Shown here in pieces: positions 25,770 through 39,846 of a stretch of 64,000 nucleotides of DNA. The notes beneath the pieces were generated by a model, which was given only the letters and a program-made list of their open reading frames with translations, was not told the DNA's origin and did no database searches. The position numbers and the translations under genes were made by a program. The DNA is from Octopus sinensis (lineage: Eukaryota). Each line of letters starts with the position of its first letter. Positions within the stretch are counted from its first letter, which is position 1. The stretch covers positions 47,120,001 through 47,184,000 of the forward strand of contig NC_042998.1 of assembly GCF_006345805.1 (NCBI RefSeq), read 5' to 3'.

Positions 25770-28354
25770 ATGTTTGACTTTTGCTTTATATTTGTACAAG
25801 TTGGCTCCAAGTCTCACCCAGAGACCTCAAGAGACAACAGGGTTGGAAGTTCATGTTGTTGTTATGCCTAGTGTGCCATATATTTGGGGGGTGGGGATGT
25901 TGTACTAATGAATGTCTAAAAAAAAAAAGTTTTTTTTTTTTTTTTTTTTTTTTTAAACCGAAAATTATGGTTGTTTTAAACCTTGAGGTTACATAGAGAG
26001 TATTTTGCGTAGGATATGAGCAGTTCCCATGAGCACTATCTTTTGAACTTCTGCCATTTTTGGGTTTCCTGGTATCTGAGTTAGGTAGCTATCAGCCCCT
26101 TTTGCTATCATTCCCAGGGCACCTATGACAACAGGTATTGTTTTAGTCTTCAGCTTCCACATTTTGCTGATTTCTATTTCAAGATCTTTATATTTGCTCA
26201 GTTTTTGGTAGGTCCTGACAGATACGTTTATATCGATTGGGACAGTCATATCAATGAGGAGGCATGTTCTTTGTTTGAAGTCTTTCAATATGATGTCTGG
26301 CCTATTTGCATCTATCTTCCTGTCAGTTTTAATGGTGAAGTTCCAGAGGAGTGAGATGTGGTCATTTTTAAGCACTGGGGGTGGTTTGTGTTCCCACCAG
26401 TTTTTTTCATGGGGCAAATCCAGGTTTTTACAGATTACCCAGTGAATATATTGTGCAGCTCTATCGTGCCTGTTGAGATACTCTGTAGGCGCTAGAAGAC
26501 TGCACTTGGAGACCACATGGTCAATGGTTTCATTTTGTTGCTTGCATACACGACACGTTGGACTGCTTCTGATCTTTAATATATTGGCCTGGTAGTTTCT
26601 TGTTGGTAGGCATTGATCTTGAGCTGCTATGATAAACCCCTCTGTTTCAGATTTTAAGCCAGAGGCCATTAGCCATTGATGGGTCAGGGCTTTGTCGATA
26701 TCTGCATTATTCGCTCTCTTTGGGTATTTGCCATAGAGAGGTTTTTCTTGCCATTTATTATTCAGAATATCTAAGGCCGCAGTTTTGGCACGGGTTTTCA
26801 TGCGCCTAGCTTTTTCTGTGCTTGTTTCTTGTATGTCTATCTCTAATTCCGAAATTGGTTGTATTCGGAATTCACTTAGATATTCCTTTGCCTGTTTTGT
26901 GACTGAGTATGATGCTTTCTTGTTTTCATGTTTTGAGACAAGTTTTAACATCCAGTCCTCAGAGTTTTCAGGTAGGTGTCTAGGCCAATTGTAGCAATCT
27001 TCATTGTTATTGCCAGTTGCAAAAGACCACGGCCTCCCTCTTTTCTTGGCAGATAGAGTCGTTCTGTATCTGCCTTAGGGTGGTGCATTCTATGCATTGT
27101 CAACAGTTTCCTTATTTTTCTGTCGAGCTGACATATTTCAGTAATTGACCAGTTAACAATATTGAAACTGTAAGTCACGACTGGTATAGCTAATGCATTG
27201 ATTGCTTCGATCCTGTTTCTTGCATTCAGCTCTGTCTTGAGTATTGCTCTCACTCTTCGATAGCATTCTCTCCTGATCCTTTCCTTCATCTCTGAATGCC
27301 TTATTCCGTTCCCTTCAATTACCCCTAGGTACTTGTAGCTCTCCGCTGGGTCTAGTTCTTTTATGACATTCTGTTGGTCAAGGTTAACGTTAGATGTTTC
27401 TGTCATTTTTCTTTGATAAAGGTAGCCTTTGCACATTTATCGAGGCCGAATTGCATTCTGATGTCGTCACTGAATTGTTTGACTATCGCTAGTAAGCCCT
27501 TGAGTTGTTGATCATTTTTTGCAAAAAGCTTTAAATCATCCATGTAAACGAGATGATTTATATTTTTATCAAACATTTTATACCCGTACTGCGCGTCATT
27601 GAGCAGCTTTGAGAGAGGTATTAAGGATAAACAAAAGAGGAGTGGTGACAGTGAGTCACCCTGGAAAATGCCACACGAAATTTTTACATCACCAGCATTT
27701 AGGGATTCACTGTCACTGTTCAGAGTTAGTGTGGTTCTCCATGATCTCATACTTACAGTCAAGAAGTTTCGCAGAGTTGGTGCTATCTTATACATTTCAA
27801 GGCATTTCCTAATCCAGCTATGTGGTAGGCTATCAAAAGCCTTTTTATAGTCTATCCAGGCTATTGATAAGTTTTTGTGTCGTTTGTGACAATCTTCTAA
27901 GATCATCTTATTGATGAGTAGTTGGTCTTTACAGCCGTAGGATCCACGTTTACATCCTTTCTGTTCATTAGGGAATATGCTGCTGTCTGTTAAAAAACTA
28001 TAGGTATATTCCGTCAGGACAGATGTTAGTGTTTTGTACATAGTTGTTAAGCAGGTTATGGGTCTATAGTTTTTTGGTTCATTTGTTTCTTCACTTTTTG
28101 GAAGCAGGAATGTTAACCCATTAACTAGCCAAGGAGGCATCCTACTAGGGTGTTGCAAAACATCATTGTACAGTTCTGTTAGCAGTTCATGGCTCTCTGG
28201 GAAGGCATTCAGCCAGAAGTTAGGAATTTTATCCTTTCCTGGAGACTTCCATTTGCTTGACCTCCTGAGAGCAGATCTTATATCTTCTACCTTGACACCC
28301 TCCCACTTTTGCTCTTCTAAGGGGTCCAGTTCTGTAGATATTCTGTCAATCCAA
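25770..28354 (-). mobile_element. R4/Dong-like non-LTR retrotransposon (RT, CCHC, RLE), 5'-truncated, two 1-bp frameshifts
   Basis: YRPITCL, IDYKKAFDSLPH, GIFQGDSLSPLLF, YMDDLKL, CRVCKQQNETIDHVVSKC, RHDRAA, ANRPDI..LIDMTVP..KLSKY; 3' UTR stem-loop GTCTC-TGGGT-GAGAC; (TAA)n on both flanks. Confidence 0.95.
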
Positions 28355-28369
28355 TTATTATTATTATTA

Positions 28370-28411
<42 letters not shown>

Positions 28412-29003
28412 GTGAGCTGACAAAATCGTTAGTATGCCGGGTAAAATGCTTATTTCCTTTATCATTACCAAAGTTCCTATTTGTATATATATTGTTTTTA
28501 TTTTTAAGCCCCATATTTGGATTATCTCTTTTTTCCAGATCATTATATTAAGATTGATAATGACACTGACCTTATCAGACAACTTCTTGTGAGGAAGTCC
28601 TCGTAAAGTAGAATGCACACGTATTAACCACTGGTAAACGGTCACGCTAAGGATACTGCGTCTCTAATAAATGGAAGGAGAAATGAACCCTGGAAAAAAA
28701 GAAAAATAAAGAAAAATGAATGGATTGTTTCCCCTTGGCCGTTAAAGGAAAACAGATGGATTATATCTGGATCCCTTCTAGGGGCCCTGGCCATACAATT
28801 ATAGATTTTTATGAAACCGCAATGAGCCTAGTATAAATCTTGATGAGTGGTTTAACATATATGTGAAGTTTCAAGATTCATGAACGGGTGCAGATGGCAA
28901 ATTAATACAAACAGACAACCAAACAGACTGCCGTTTATATATATATATATATATATATATCGAAAATTATATGTATATGTAACGTATATATATATATATA
29001 AAC

Positions 29004-29043
<40 letters not shown>

Positions 29044-30155
29044 TCTTTTCTACTTTAAGCACATGGCTTGAAATTTGTGGGGAGACTGACCTCCAGTGCG
29101 CAACTGGTACTTAATTTATAGATCCTGAAAGGATGAAAGGGGAAGTCGACCTTGGCGGAATTTGAATTCAGAACGTAAAGACAGACGAAATACCTATTTC
29201 CGTACTACAAGAGGCTAAACACAGAGAGGACAAACAAGGACAGACAAACGGAGTAAGTCGAATACATCGACCCCTGTGTCTAACTGGTACTTATTTAATC
29301 GAACCCGAAAGGATGAAAGGCAAAGTCGACTTCGGTGGAATTTGAACTTAGAACGTAACGTCAGACGAAATACCGCCAAGTATTTCGCCCGGCGGACTAA
29401 CGCTTCTGCCAGCTCGCCGCCTTAAATAATCTTTTCTACTCTAGGTACATATATGTGTGTGTGTGCGCGCGCACGCGTGTGTATATTACAAGACTTCAGT
29501 ACAAAACACCGGTCCTTTATTTCATCATTTTTGCCGGCTATCATAATAATAATAATAACAACAACAACTTCAACAACAACAATAATAATAAAAATAATAA
29601 TAATAGTAATAATAATAACAACAATAATAATAATAATATAATAATAATAATTATAATAATAATATTAATAATAATAATAACAACAACAACAACTATATTT
29701 TAAGTAAAACTTTTCTTGTTCTGTACTTTACCAGATGTTCTAACTTGTCCTAAACTTTTCCAAGTCTAATAACTTGTCCTGTACTTTTCCAAATTTATAA
29801 TGTTAAGACTATTCTTTTTCTTGCGGGCATTTTTCCATGTGATCCGTATTTTTCCAGGCTATGCTACTATGCTAAGTAATGATGTGTCAAATGTGTCAAT
29901 TAGCGGTGTGGTTGATAATTTTTGCCTTACCCCAAAGATGCAGGTGACATATATTAGAAGTCCCCATATAAAACTATACCCATAAAAATGTATAGAATTA
30001 TATTATTTCCCTCAAATTTGAGAAACAAGCATTCATAACTTTTCTGTAGATCCATGCAATAACCCTGCATATCTCACGCCTATTTTCATTCCTCCACTTC
30101 ACTCTCTATTTCATATCTTATCTAAAATAACTATTGCTTAACCATTTCTCACACC

Positions 30156-30203
30156 GTCTCCGATGAAGGGACATATAAAATATCCCGGAAACAGCTGTAA
30201 GAC
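30156..30203 (+). ncRNA. Type I hammerhead motif with CCGAUGA core
   Basis: GTCT-CCGATGA-a-GGGA..TCCCg-GAAAC-AGCT-GTA/AGAC; stem III is the palindrome ACAGCTGT. Confidence 0.65.
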
Positions 30204-30707
30204 CTTCTATTTATAAATGTTCTAAAATCTTTCACAGCCTTATCTCATTCTGAAAAAAAGTTATATATATATATATATATGCATTATTTCCGATGGCCGG
30301 TTAACGACATCCAAAACTCGGAGTTTTATCATGGCTACCGAACAATTGTCGCATTTTAGATTTACAGATAAATTCCTCTATTTACATGATATCGAGGTAT
30401 CTTTCATCCTTTTGTTGTCTTACCATTTCTATCAATATATATGCAAATATATATATATGGATAAATATATATCGTGATCACGTGACCGACTAGACTACAA
30501 GAGCAGACCAACAGAAGAAAGAGTGAAAGAAAGTTATGGCGAAAGAGTACAGCAGGGATCGCCACCACTCCCTGCCGGAGCCTCTTGAAGTTTTAGGTAT
30601 TTTCAATCAATAAACACTCACAACGGACAGTCTGGAAATCGAAACCACGATCCAGCGACTGCGAGTCTGCAGCCCTAACCAATACATATATATACATATA
30701 TACATAA

Positions 30708-30774
<67 letters not shown>

Positions 30775-30991
30775 TATGCTCTTTTACTCTTTTACTTGTT
30801 TCAGTCATTTGACTACGGCCATGCTGGAGCACCGCCTTTAATCAAGCAACTCGACCCCGGGACTTATTCTTTTGTAAGCCCAGTACTTATTCTATCGGTC
30901 TCTTTTGCCGAACCGCTAAGTAACAGGGACATAAACACACCAGCATCGGTTATCAAGCAATGCTAGGGGGACAAACACAGACTCACAAACA

Positions 30992-31031
<40 letters not shown>

Positions 31032-31399
31032 TATATAGGCAAATTTGTTGTTAAAAATGCACCTAAATTTGAAAAACTTGTAATTGTTTAAAATAGATTT
31101 ATTCACATATATACCAGACTACTTTCAACAATAATTTTTGTTTATCAATTTTAAAAATTTAGAATTATGAATTAGAAAAACAGGTTTTAAAATTTCAATG
31201 TTGAGAAGTTGAAATGTTCATAACAGTCAATAATATAAAAACTGTGCATCGGCTTATTTAAATATACAAAGTTCATTAGTGTTAGTAGTGATCGACAAGA
31301 AATAAATATCATCAAAGTTTCAGTCATACTGAGTTAAGACAAAGAAAAAACAAGGGAGAAATGAAGATAGTAAAGAAAGGGATTTACAATTTTTCTGAT

Positions 31400-32375
31400 T
31401 CTCATTCCGTCGTGTGGAGGAACTTCGCTTGAAACGTTCACATCGCCGTGCCCGATAAATGTTTATAAGTGTTCTCGTTGAAATTGTAGAAGTTGTTCTG
31501 TATGATGGATTTTATTCCTTCAACGATGAATTCTCTTCCGATTCGGCCAGGAATGTCATTTCGGAGTTTTTCCAGCCAGTATTGTATGGGTATTATTCTA
31601 TATTCGTGAGGAATCGCGGTGTATAGGTTTATTGCATCGAATGAAACCAGAAGGAAGTCCATGCTGGATTTTTTCGGGAGATGGTTTAAAAAGTCCAGAT
31701 CATCCCTTATAAAGCTCGGTATATGTTGGAGAACATGTATATGTTGGAGGTTGTCATTAAAGTTACTGAGTGTGTATGTCTCACACGTGAGACCGGCCAC
31801 AATTGGCCTCATTTTGAGATCTTTCGGGTATGGAATATTTATGACTACAGTTGATTTGTTACAAGCTTCGTTTATAACTTCACTTTTGTGGATTTGGGGA
31901 AGTCCGTAAAAGTTGCTGGTTTTGTAGTCAAATCTAGTCAAGTAATCATTCTTCTTTTCGATTAAGCCTCGTTGGAACTGATGGATAAGGGTAGAAAGTT
32001 TATCATCTTAGATTGACTGTAGTTGTTGATTTTTTTTTTTCCTAGTAGGTATTGTCTTGAAGGAGGATTAGGGTAGTGTTTATGTATTTTTCTGAGTACA
32101 TGATATATATATATATATATATATATATCGTCTTTATTATGCAAAAGTGTCGTAAGTCCAAAGCGTTGCTTTTTGAGGACACGTAAAAATAGTTTCACCA
32201 TTCTATAGCAAAACCTTTGTACTACACACTTTGGTAAATTTTGATATCTTGGAATCTGACGAAGCTGGAGATACGATAGTTTTATCAAAAGAACTGGCTA
32301 CTACTAGCAAAAACAAATATTGAAAGAAAAGAGCATTTGGCCAGATTTGGACATACGACAGTTTAACATTATAGC
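31400..32375 (-). mobile_element. Penelope-like RT N-terminal fragment (degenerate)
   Basis: FYGLPQIHK, MRPIVAG, IRDDLDFLNHLP, SFDAINLYTAIPH, LSGTAM; paralogous to 24576-24794. Confidence 0.9.
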
Positions 32376-32381
32376 AACGAC

Positions 32382-32382
<1 letters not shown>

Positions 32383-32435
<53 letters not shown>

Positions 32436-32436
32436 C

Positions 32437-32503
<67 letters not shown>

Positions 32504-32578
32504 CACATACATACGTATATATATATACAAACATACATACATATATATATATATATACACACATATATATATATATAT

Positions 32579-32611
<33 letters not shown>

Positions 32612-32645
32612 ATATATATATATATATATACATACACATACATAC

Positions 32646-32684
<39 letters not shown>

Positions 32685-32693
32685 AACATACAT

Positions 32694-32769
<76 letters not shown>

Positions 32770-32775
32770 GCATAT
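32383..32775. repeat. Compound (TA)n/(CATA)n microsatellite, representative of dozens in the window
   Basis: Directly visible; similar arrays at 22408-22615, 34640-34950, 38860-39100, 42560-43110, 43800-44340 and 54840-55075. Confidence 0.98.
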
Positions 32776-33415
32776 ATGTATGTGCGTATAGGGAACAACG
32801 TTCATATGCTTATTGTATTTTAATTTCTATGTATATGGTTCCTGAATTTTAAACTGTTCATATATTCTCAGAATTAAAATGTCAGCCTGTGATTTCGTAC
32901 CGTTAGTGACGCAATAACGTCTACATTTCTTTTGAAGCAAATATTTCAAACTTAACATTCAAAAAGAGAGGAAACAAAATATTTTATGAAAAAATTATTG
33001 GATGATGTTTCCTAAAATTAAATTTCGGAGGATACTTTTAATGCTTAATCACATATCCCAACAATGTCATAAGCGGTTTGAACGCAGGTCTGGACACTGG
33101 TCATTTTGTCTGATTCACCCACACGTAATTTGGGAGTCATTCTCGGTGCACTACAGATACTAACTAGAACGTTTGCTATTGTAGTCGAGGGAGCCATCTG
33201 ACGGAAAGTGAGAAATTGTGGGAAGTCAAATGGATATGTCTGAATTTAATGCACGAAACTCTCGAATCTTGAGTCATTCTGTTGCATCTGAAAAATATTA
33301 ACAAAAACACACACATATTTATTTATGCATATGTGTGTACCTATATGTATATATATATATATATAGTTATATATCATAAGTATATATATCTACACAATAT
33401 ATATATATGTATGTA

Positions 33416-33467
<52 letters not shown>

Positions 33468-34085
33468 CATACACATACATATATGTATACACACGCATAT
33501 TTGTGTGTGTGTGTGAGGGAGAGAAATAGAGATAGATAGATAGACCCCGAACAAAGTTTTGATCTCGTATACAGTTAACGATCCATAAAACTCCGGTTGA
33601 CTTCGCAATTCCAATATACAATGTCAATAAATATAAATACGAGTAATTATTTTCCCGCTTTTAGATATTCTCAGTTGGAGAAAGAAAGCTAAATAAAAAT
33701 CAATTAAAAAGTAATGTCTATAGCAGTTTTGTGTACATCAGACATATACGTTGTGTTCAAATATTACCTAGCCGATCTCGCATTTTGCTTTACAACACAA
33801 GAATGATTCCTCTATTTGGCACAATTCCTTCACAATATTTCGAAAAATGTGTTTTATCGGGAATTATCAAGAATAGAAAAAAATGACACGGCCCTTTTAT
33901 TTTCGTTACTGATCGAGTTCAAAAATAACGCCGGTAAAATTAATCATTACTGGTTCTAGACTCAATGGTACATACTACTGCGTGAAACAATTGTATTCCC
34001 CAATTCCCACTTTCATTTAAAGAAATATGCGGAAAACTATAAAATGCACGGTATTATATTTATATAAAAATTGTATATATATATA

Positions 34086-34136
<51 letters not shown>

Positions 34137-34279
34137 CGTATACACACATACATATATATACACATGTACATATAAATATACATGTGTATACATATTTATA
34201 CTTACATATGTATACATGTACACATATATATGCATTAATACGTATAGATGTATACATGTACACATATATATGCATTGCG

Positions 34280-34600
34280 AAGGCACGTCGCTTAGTGGTT
34301 ATGGCATTCGGCTCACGATCGTTAGGTCGCAAGTTCAATTCCAGGCGACGCGTTGTGTCCTCGAGCAAGACATCTTATTTCACGTTGCTTCAGTCTACTC
34401 CTCTGGCAAAAGTGAGTAGTACCTGTGTTTCAAAGGGTCAGCCTTGTCACACTCTGTGTCACGCTGAATCCCCCTGATAAATACGTTAAGGGTACACGTG
34501 TCTGTGGAGTGCTCAGCCACTTGCACGTTAATTTCATGAGCAAGCTGCTCCGTTGATCGTATCAGCTGGGTCCCTCGTCGTCGTAACTGACGAAGTGCTC
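34280..34600 (+). mobile_element. tRNA-derived SINE, family E
   Basis: A-box-like CGCTTAGTGG, B-box AAGTTCAATTCC, GTCCTCGAGCAAGACA core related to family C, distinct 3' half. Confidence 0.65.
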
Positions 34601-34676
34601 CTTAAGATATGTGCATTAATGCGTATGGATGTATACATATCTGCATATAGTTATATTAATATATATATATATATAT

Positions 34677-34739
<63 letters not shown>

Positions 34740-34777
34740 TATATTAATATATATATATATACATATATTATTATATA

Positions 34778-34826
<49 letters not shown>

Positions 34827-35410
34827 TACACACACACATACATATATATATAGTATATATATGTATGTATGTATATATATATACACATTATATATATATA
34901 TGCATAAATATATGTATGTATATATTTATATATATATATATTTATATACATACATATATAATGTTTTGGATTGAAAGATAGATAAAGCGTTGTTAAACAA
35001 CATACTAGAAGATTTGACATTTTCATTTCCTGTCACCAATGAAACTAGCAGAAATCAGCATTTCTCCTTCCCACCCCAATAAAGGGCTGTCTTTATTTCA
35101 GAAAAAGCAAAAAAAAGCAAAGAATAACATATATGTATATAGATATATATATATATATTTTAGGAATTGTACCGTTTTCGAGCCAATTTTTTCTCTTGAG
35201 AAACAACCGAGATTCTAAATCTTTGAGAAAATACAAAGATTAAGGACAATATTTCCCACCCCTTATTTGTCGCAGGGAACGACAAGGGCCTCATATCAAA
35301 CCGTTGACAGGGTTAGTAATTTAAGAGCGCATATTGAGAAATATAGTGTTAAAAACGAGATACAAGTGTGGTGGACAAGTGATAGAAGTGTCGCTACCCG
35401 ATGATATAAC

Positions 35411-35460
<50 letters not shown>

Positions 35461-35860
35461 AACATACAGACAGTCTCACACGCACGCACACACAACTTGA
35501 CACACACACACACACACATGTATATATATATATATGCGTGTGCGTGCGTGTTTGTGCGTGTGTTTGAGTAAATCTATATATCTATGTATCCATCTATCAA
35601 CGATTACATATTACACACACACACACACATATATTGGTTTTAAATTCTGGCCCAAGGCCAGCAAGGCCGGGGAATGGGGTAAAGTCGATTACATCCACGC
35701 TAGAGTTCAACTGGTACTTATGTTCCCGACTAGATATAATAAAAGACAAAGTCGACCACGGCTGAATTCGAAAGCCGACCTCATCGGAATTACATGTATT
35801 AATATTTTACAACAAGTACGTTGAAAGTGACGTCGAAGTTTCCACCAGCAAGCTTTCACA

Positions 35861-35908
35861 GGCTAGTTAGATGAAGGCTGGGAGGCCGAAAATTTCGAAG
35901 TCACTGCC
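35861..35908 (+). ncRNA. Degenerate hammerhead motif
   Basis: GGCtAGT-TAGATGA-a-GGCT-ggga-GGCC-GAAAatTTCGAA-GTC/ACTGCC; a partial inverted copy at 35827-35842 keeps GAAACTTCGA. Confidence 0.45.
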
Positions 35909-36274
35909 AACACTATGATTCTGAAGAATAATAAATATCGTACTCTGCAAAGATTATTGTATATGTGTGTATACACACACACACACACACACACGCACAT
36001 ACACACATATTTGAAATGTCAAATTTCAAATTATGCTCTGAGTTTCTCCCTTGGCTTCACACCATCACATCTAATGGTGAAACTCAGACTAGGTCGTCAA
36101 CTTTATTGAATATGCGTGTGTATTTATGTATGTGTGTATGTGCCTGTGTGTGTGTGTGTGTGCATGTATGCAGTGTGTATGTAATATATTCACGCTATTA
36201 CAGAATAACATGCATCACTAATCAGAGATCGTTGCTCTCGTTCGGCAGTTTACCAGGCCGTCTTATATGGAATA

Positions 36275-36570
36275 CTAGCAGTATCGCCCGGCGTTGCTCG
36301 GGTTTGTAAGGGAAATAACTATATAAGCATTTTTAGAGAGTTATAGCCAAAAAATAGCAAAAAAAATGCATTAAAATGGGAAAAAATGATGGTAATTTTT
36401 TTTTTAAATCGTAGACTCATCGTAGACGCGCGCTAATACCCAGAAGGGCTCGATATGAATCACGACTATAAGATACCCAGTTTTGGTTAAACTGCACCGC
36501 AAAATGTGGGAGTAGTTAGGAATCTAAATCGTAGGAGACAGATACACAACCTTACTTTTATATATAAAGA
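36275..36570 (-). mobile_element. Complete non-autonomous Helitron (about 296 bp)
   Basis: A|TC 5' end at 36570, GC hairpin 36287-36302, CTAG|T 3' end at 36275; canonical AT target. Confidence 0.85.
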
Positions 36571-37542
36571 TATACAACATACACAAAATATTCATAATGT
36601 CGCAAATTAAGTGAACACATAAATTACTTGTCAAATGATTTATCAATTTATAATTTTACAGGGACAGGAAAAATTAATTACATGTTTTCCAGAAGTTATA
36701 TTTGTAATTATTTTAGAAGAGCTGAATCACTTTTGTTGAAAGAATGATTGAAAAAAGAAATCGAACAACGGTGGAATACAGTTATTACTGGATTGGTGAA
36801 ATACTTAAATAATAGTCTCTTAATTTTGAATGCATTTAAATTAATTATAATTTTAAAATCATTGCAAATATCGTGGAGAAACTCTACGAAAGAATGTTCA
36901 CAACAATGTTAGAACAATGCTCCATTTGCCACTCTGGATCTAAAACCATAGTTAGTGCAACACTCATGCAGTCCAAAGAAAGTTCCTACTGCAGAGATGA
37001 AATGCTGCTATCAACAAAACCGTTGAAAACAATCAAAAGAGTATTCGTTTATCTGATTATTTAAGAAACGTTGCCAAGTGGGGTAGTTACATCACATGCA
37101 ATAGTTAATCGCAGAAACCTTTCCTTGTTCTCAGTAATATTTCTTCAAATTGCATCGAATCTGAAATTTATGCGCTTTATTAGAAAATTGAAATCAAGTG
37201 TGTGACTAAAAACTTAACGATATGTAATGCTTGATACATTGTTATCAATTTTATTAAAATGTTTTCATTTTATATTAAGGACAATTTTAATCTATTCATT
37301 TTCGTACATTGTTAGAGTTTTATACACGAGTATACAAGTATTCTTTTAATGGAATTGCTTTTGTGTTCATGGCACTTCTTTACTACTGATGAAAACGCTA
37401 CATCAGAGAGGGAAAACTAACACATAAAAATTGGGGTTCTTTTATGAGAAATTCTGGAAACCCATTTTGTTTTCTTTCATATTTCAGGTTTGCCGGGAAT
37501 CACAAATTCTGTGTGTGTGAGTGTGTGTGTATGTATATATAC

Positions 37543-37591
<49 letters not shown>

Positions 37592-37617
37592 TATATATGT
37601 ATGTATGCACGTATGAT

Positions 37618-37651
<34 letters not shown>

Positions 37652-37703
37652 CATACATATGTACTTTTTATTCCTTTAAATAGGGTGCATGGTACACTTA
37701 ATC

Positions 37704-37758
<55 letters not shown>

Positions 37759-37787
37759 CATACAGACACACATATATACGATGAATT

Positions 37788-38142
37788 GCATATTTGCGTT
37801 CGCCGGCTGAGCCGAACGCGAAATCGGTGTTGTGTTCGGCACAAGAGAACAGCTACCTTCTCCTTTACAAGTGTGTGCTCATAACACAATTCATTGGTAC
37901 AAAGGATTTTGAGATACTGATGTTTCGATGTATGGGGTCTCGTTAGTCAGAGAAACCCGGAACGGTTACTCTTCCATGATTGAAACACCAGTGTTACAGA
38001 ATCTTTTCTACCGATGAATCGAGGGTGTTATGAACACATATTCTTTGTAAAGGAGACGGGAAACTATTATCTTGTGTCGAACATAATAGAGATCATAATA
38101 TTCGCGCTCGAATCTGCCAGAACGCATTAAGAATAAATATGC
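37788..38142. mobile_element. Old fold-back MITE-like palindrome (about 160-bp arms)
   Basis: The arms align in inverted orientation at roughly 70% (by eye): TGTTCGGCACAAGA..CTCCTTTACAA..TCATAACAC..ATTCATTGGTA vs the right-arm complement. Confidence 0.65.
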
Positions 38143-38160
38143 TAGTTATCATTTTGAATT

Positions 38161-38198
<38 letters not shown>

Positions 38199-38199
38199 G

Positions 38200-38790
38200 A
38201 GAAGGTGCGGTGAATAAACTGTCGTCTATATTACGCAGAAATGAAAATAACACTGACATTTCGTTTTAACAGATATATTTACCAAAATTACATCAAAATA
38301 TTTTGAAATACTAAGGAGTAAATTTATTCAATAAACTCGGCATTAATTTCAGCCAGAGCCTCCTGACGACTTCGGAATCTCCTGCAACTTTTCTGGACAG
38401 TATACTTGTTTAAGTTGGTGAATGTTGCTATAATCCATGTCTTTAGTTCATCTTTGGCGTTACAAGGAATTTTTTTGGTCTGGCGCTCAACTGCACCCCA
38501 CACGTAATAATCAAGCAGAGTTAAGTGGCCCGATGTTGGGGGTGATGTGATAGCAGAAATTGTCTGATAGCCGTGACTGATATATGCTTGTGTGGCATGG
38601 AGCAGAGTCCTGTTGCCAAGCATTAGCCCTTCCTGCAGCCACTCTCTTGACCCAAGGCAGCACTACCACCTCCAGGTACTTGATGTAGAGTGTCAGGCCC
38701 TGTGGGAAGATGAATGGAGGCATAATGTCGCCATCACTATTGATCAACTGACTATACTATACTGTGTAGTGGACAAAATAAAAAAAAAGT
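38200..38790 (-). mobile_element. Tc1/mariner-superfamily transposase C-terminal fragment (maT/DD37D-like)
   Basis: [45 protein letters not shown]. Confidence 0.85.
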
Positions 38791-38870
38791 AATGCGCATG
38801 CTCGAAATTAAAAATAATAAAATGGCGACAATTTACCCATTTCATCCTGTAAATATGTTGTATATATATG

Positions 38871-38922
<52 letters not shown>

Positions 38923-38934
38923 TATATATATATG

Positions 38935-38980
<46 letters not shown>

Positions 38981-39244
38981 TTATATATATATACATATAT
39001 ATGCATATATGTAATATATATATATGTATGTATGTTTGTATGTATGTATGTATGTATGTATGTATGCATGTATGCATGTATACATATATGTATATGTGTA
39101 TATCTATTCTATCATTTCCCCTTCCTTTAACTCTCCTGTCTTAGAAAAAACTTTTCTTCACCCACTCTCTTTCGATCATTGCAAAATGTAACCATATGTT
39201 GTCGATTTGTTTTCTCTGTCTTCCTTTCTCTTCGGCTTTCTCCC

Positions 39245-39279
39245 TTTTCTGACGAAGAACTCGGCTCGAAACATAAAAG
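39245..39279 (+). ncRNA. Mutated minimal hammerhead motif
   Basis: TTTT-CTGACGA-a-GAAC-tcg-GCTC-GAAAC-ATA/AAAG; similar to 12341-12375 but with a stem II mismatch and G16.2 changed to A. Confidence 0.5.
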
Positions 39280-39412
39280 CTATCTTTATTTCCTTTCCTG
39301 AGCGTCTGTTAATACTTTTCATGCACCACTTCTTTCTGTTGGTTTTTCTTGTGTTTGTTCTTCGTCTTTTTGGGGATTTATTCACTCTCTCTCTCTCTCT
39401 CTCTCCCTATAC

Positions 39413-39475
<63 letters not shown>

Positions 39476-39739
39476 TTATACCTGCTTATATAGCTTTGCA
39501 CACCTTTCGATGCTATGTATGCTATAAGCTCTGTAAATTTAACGGAGAACTGAAAGGAAATTTTAAGATCCTCAGAAATCAGGATTTAATTGCAGGGCTT
39601 AATTGATCCAAATCTGATATGCAATTTTTGTTGGTGTGTTTTCAATACATTGTCTGATTTAAAAAGCCACATCAGACGCCATGATTGATCTAAGGAGTAA
39701 GTACAAGAGGTGGTCACACTCTACATAAGGTGGAGATAA

Positions 39740-39776
<37 letters not shown>

Positions 39777-39846
39777 GTACATATGTAATGTATGTATATG
39801 AGTATTTGTGTATGTATGAGTGTATATATAAATATATATATATATA

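Noticed and set aside
32203-32823. Long ORFs rich in YI, CV, HT, MYVC, YLSI or poly-I/L/N (also 6-7 kb, 19-20 kb, 42-44 kb, 49 kb)
   Set aside because: Translations of stop-free di-, tri- and tetranucleotide microsatellites
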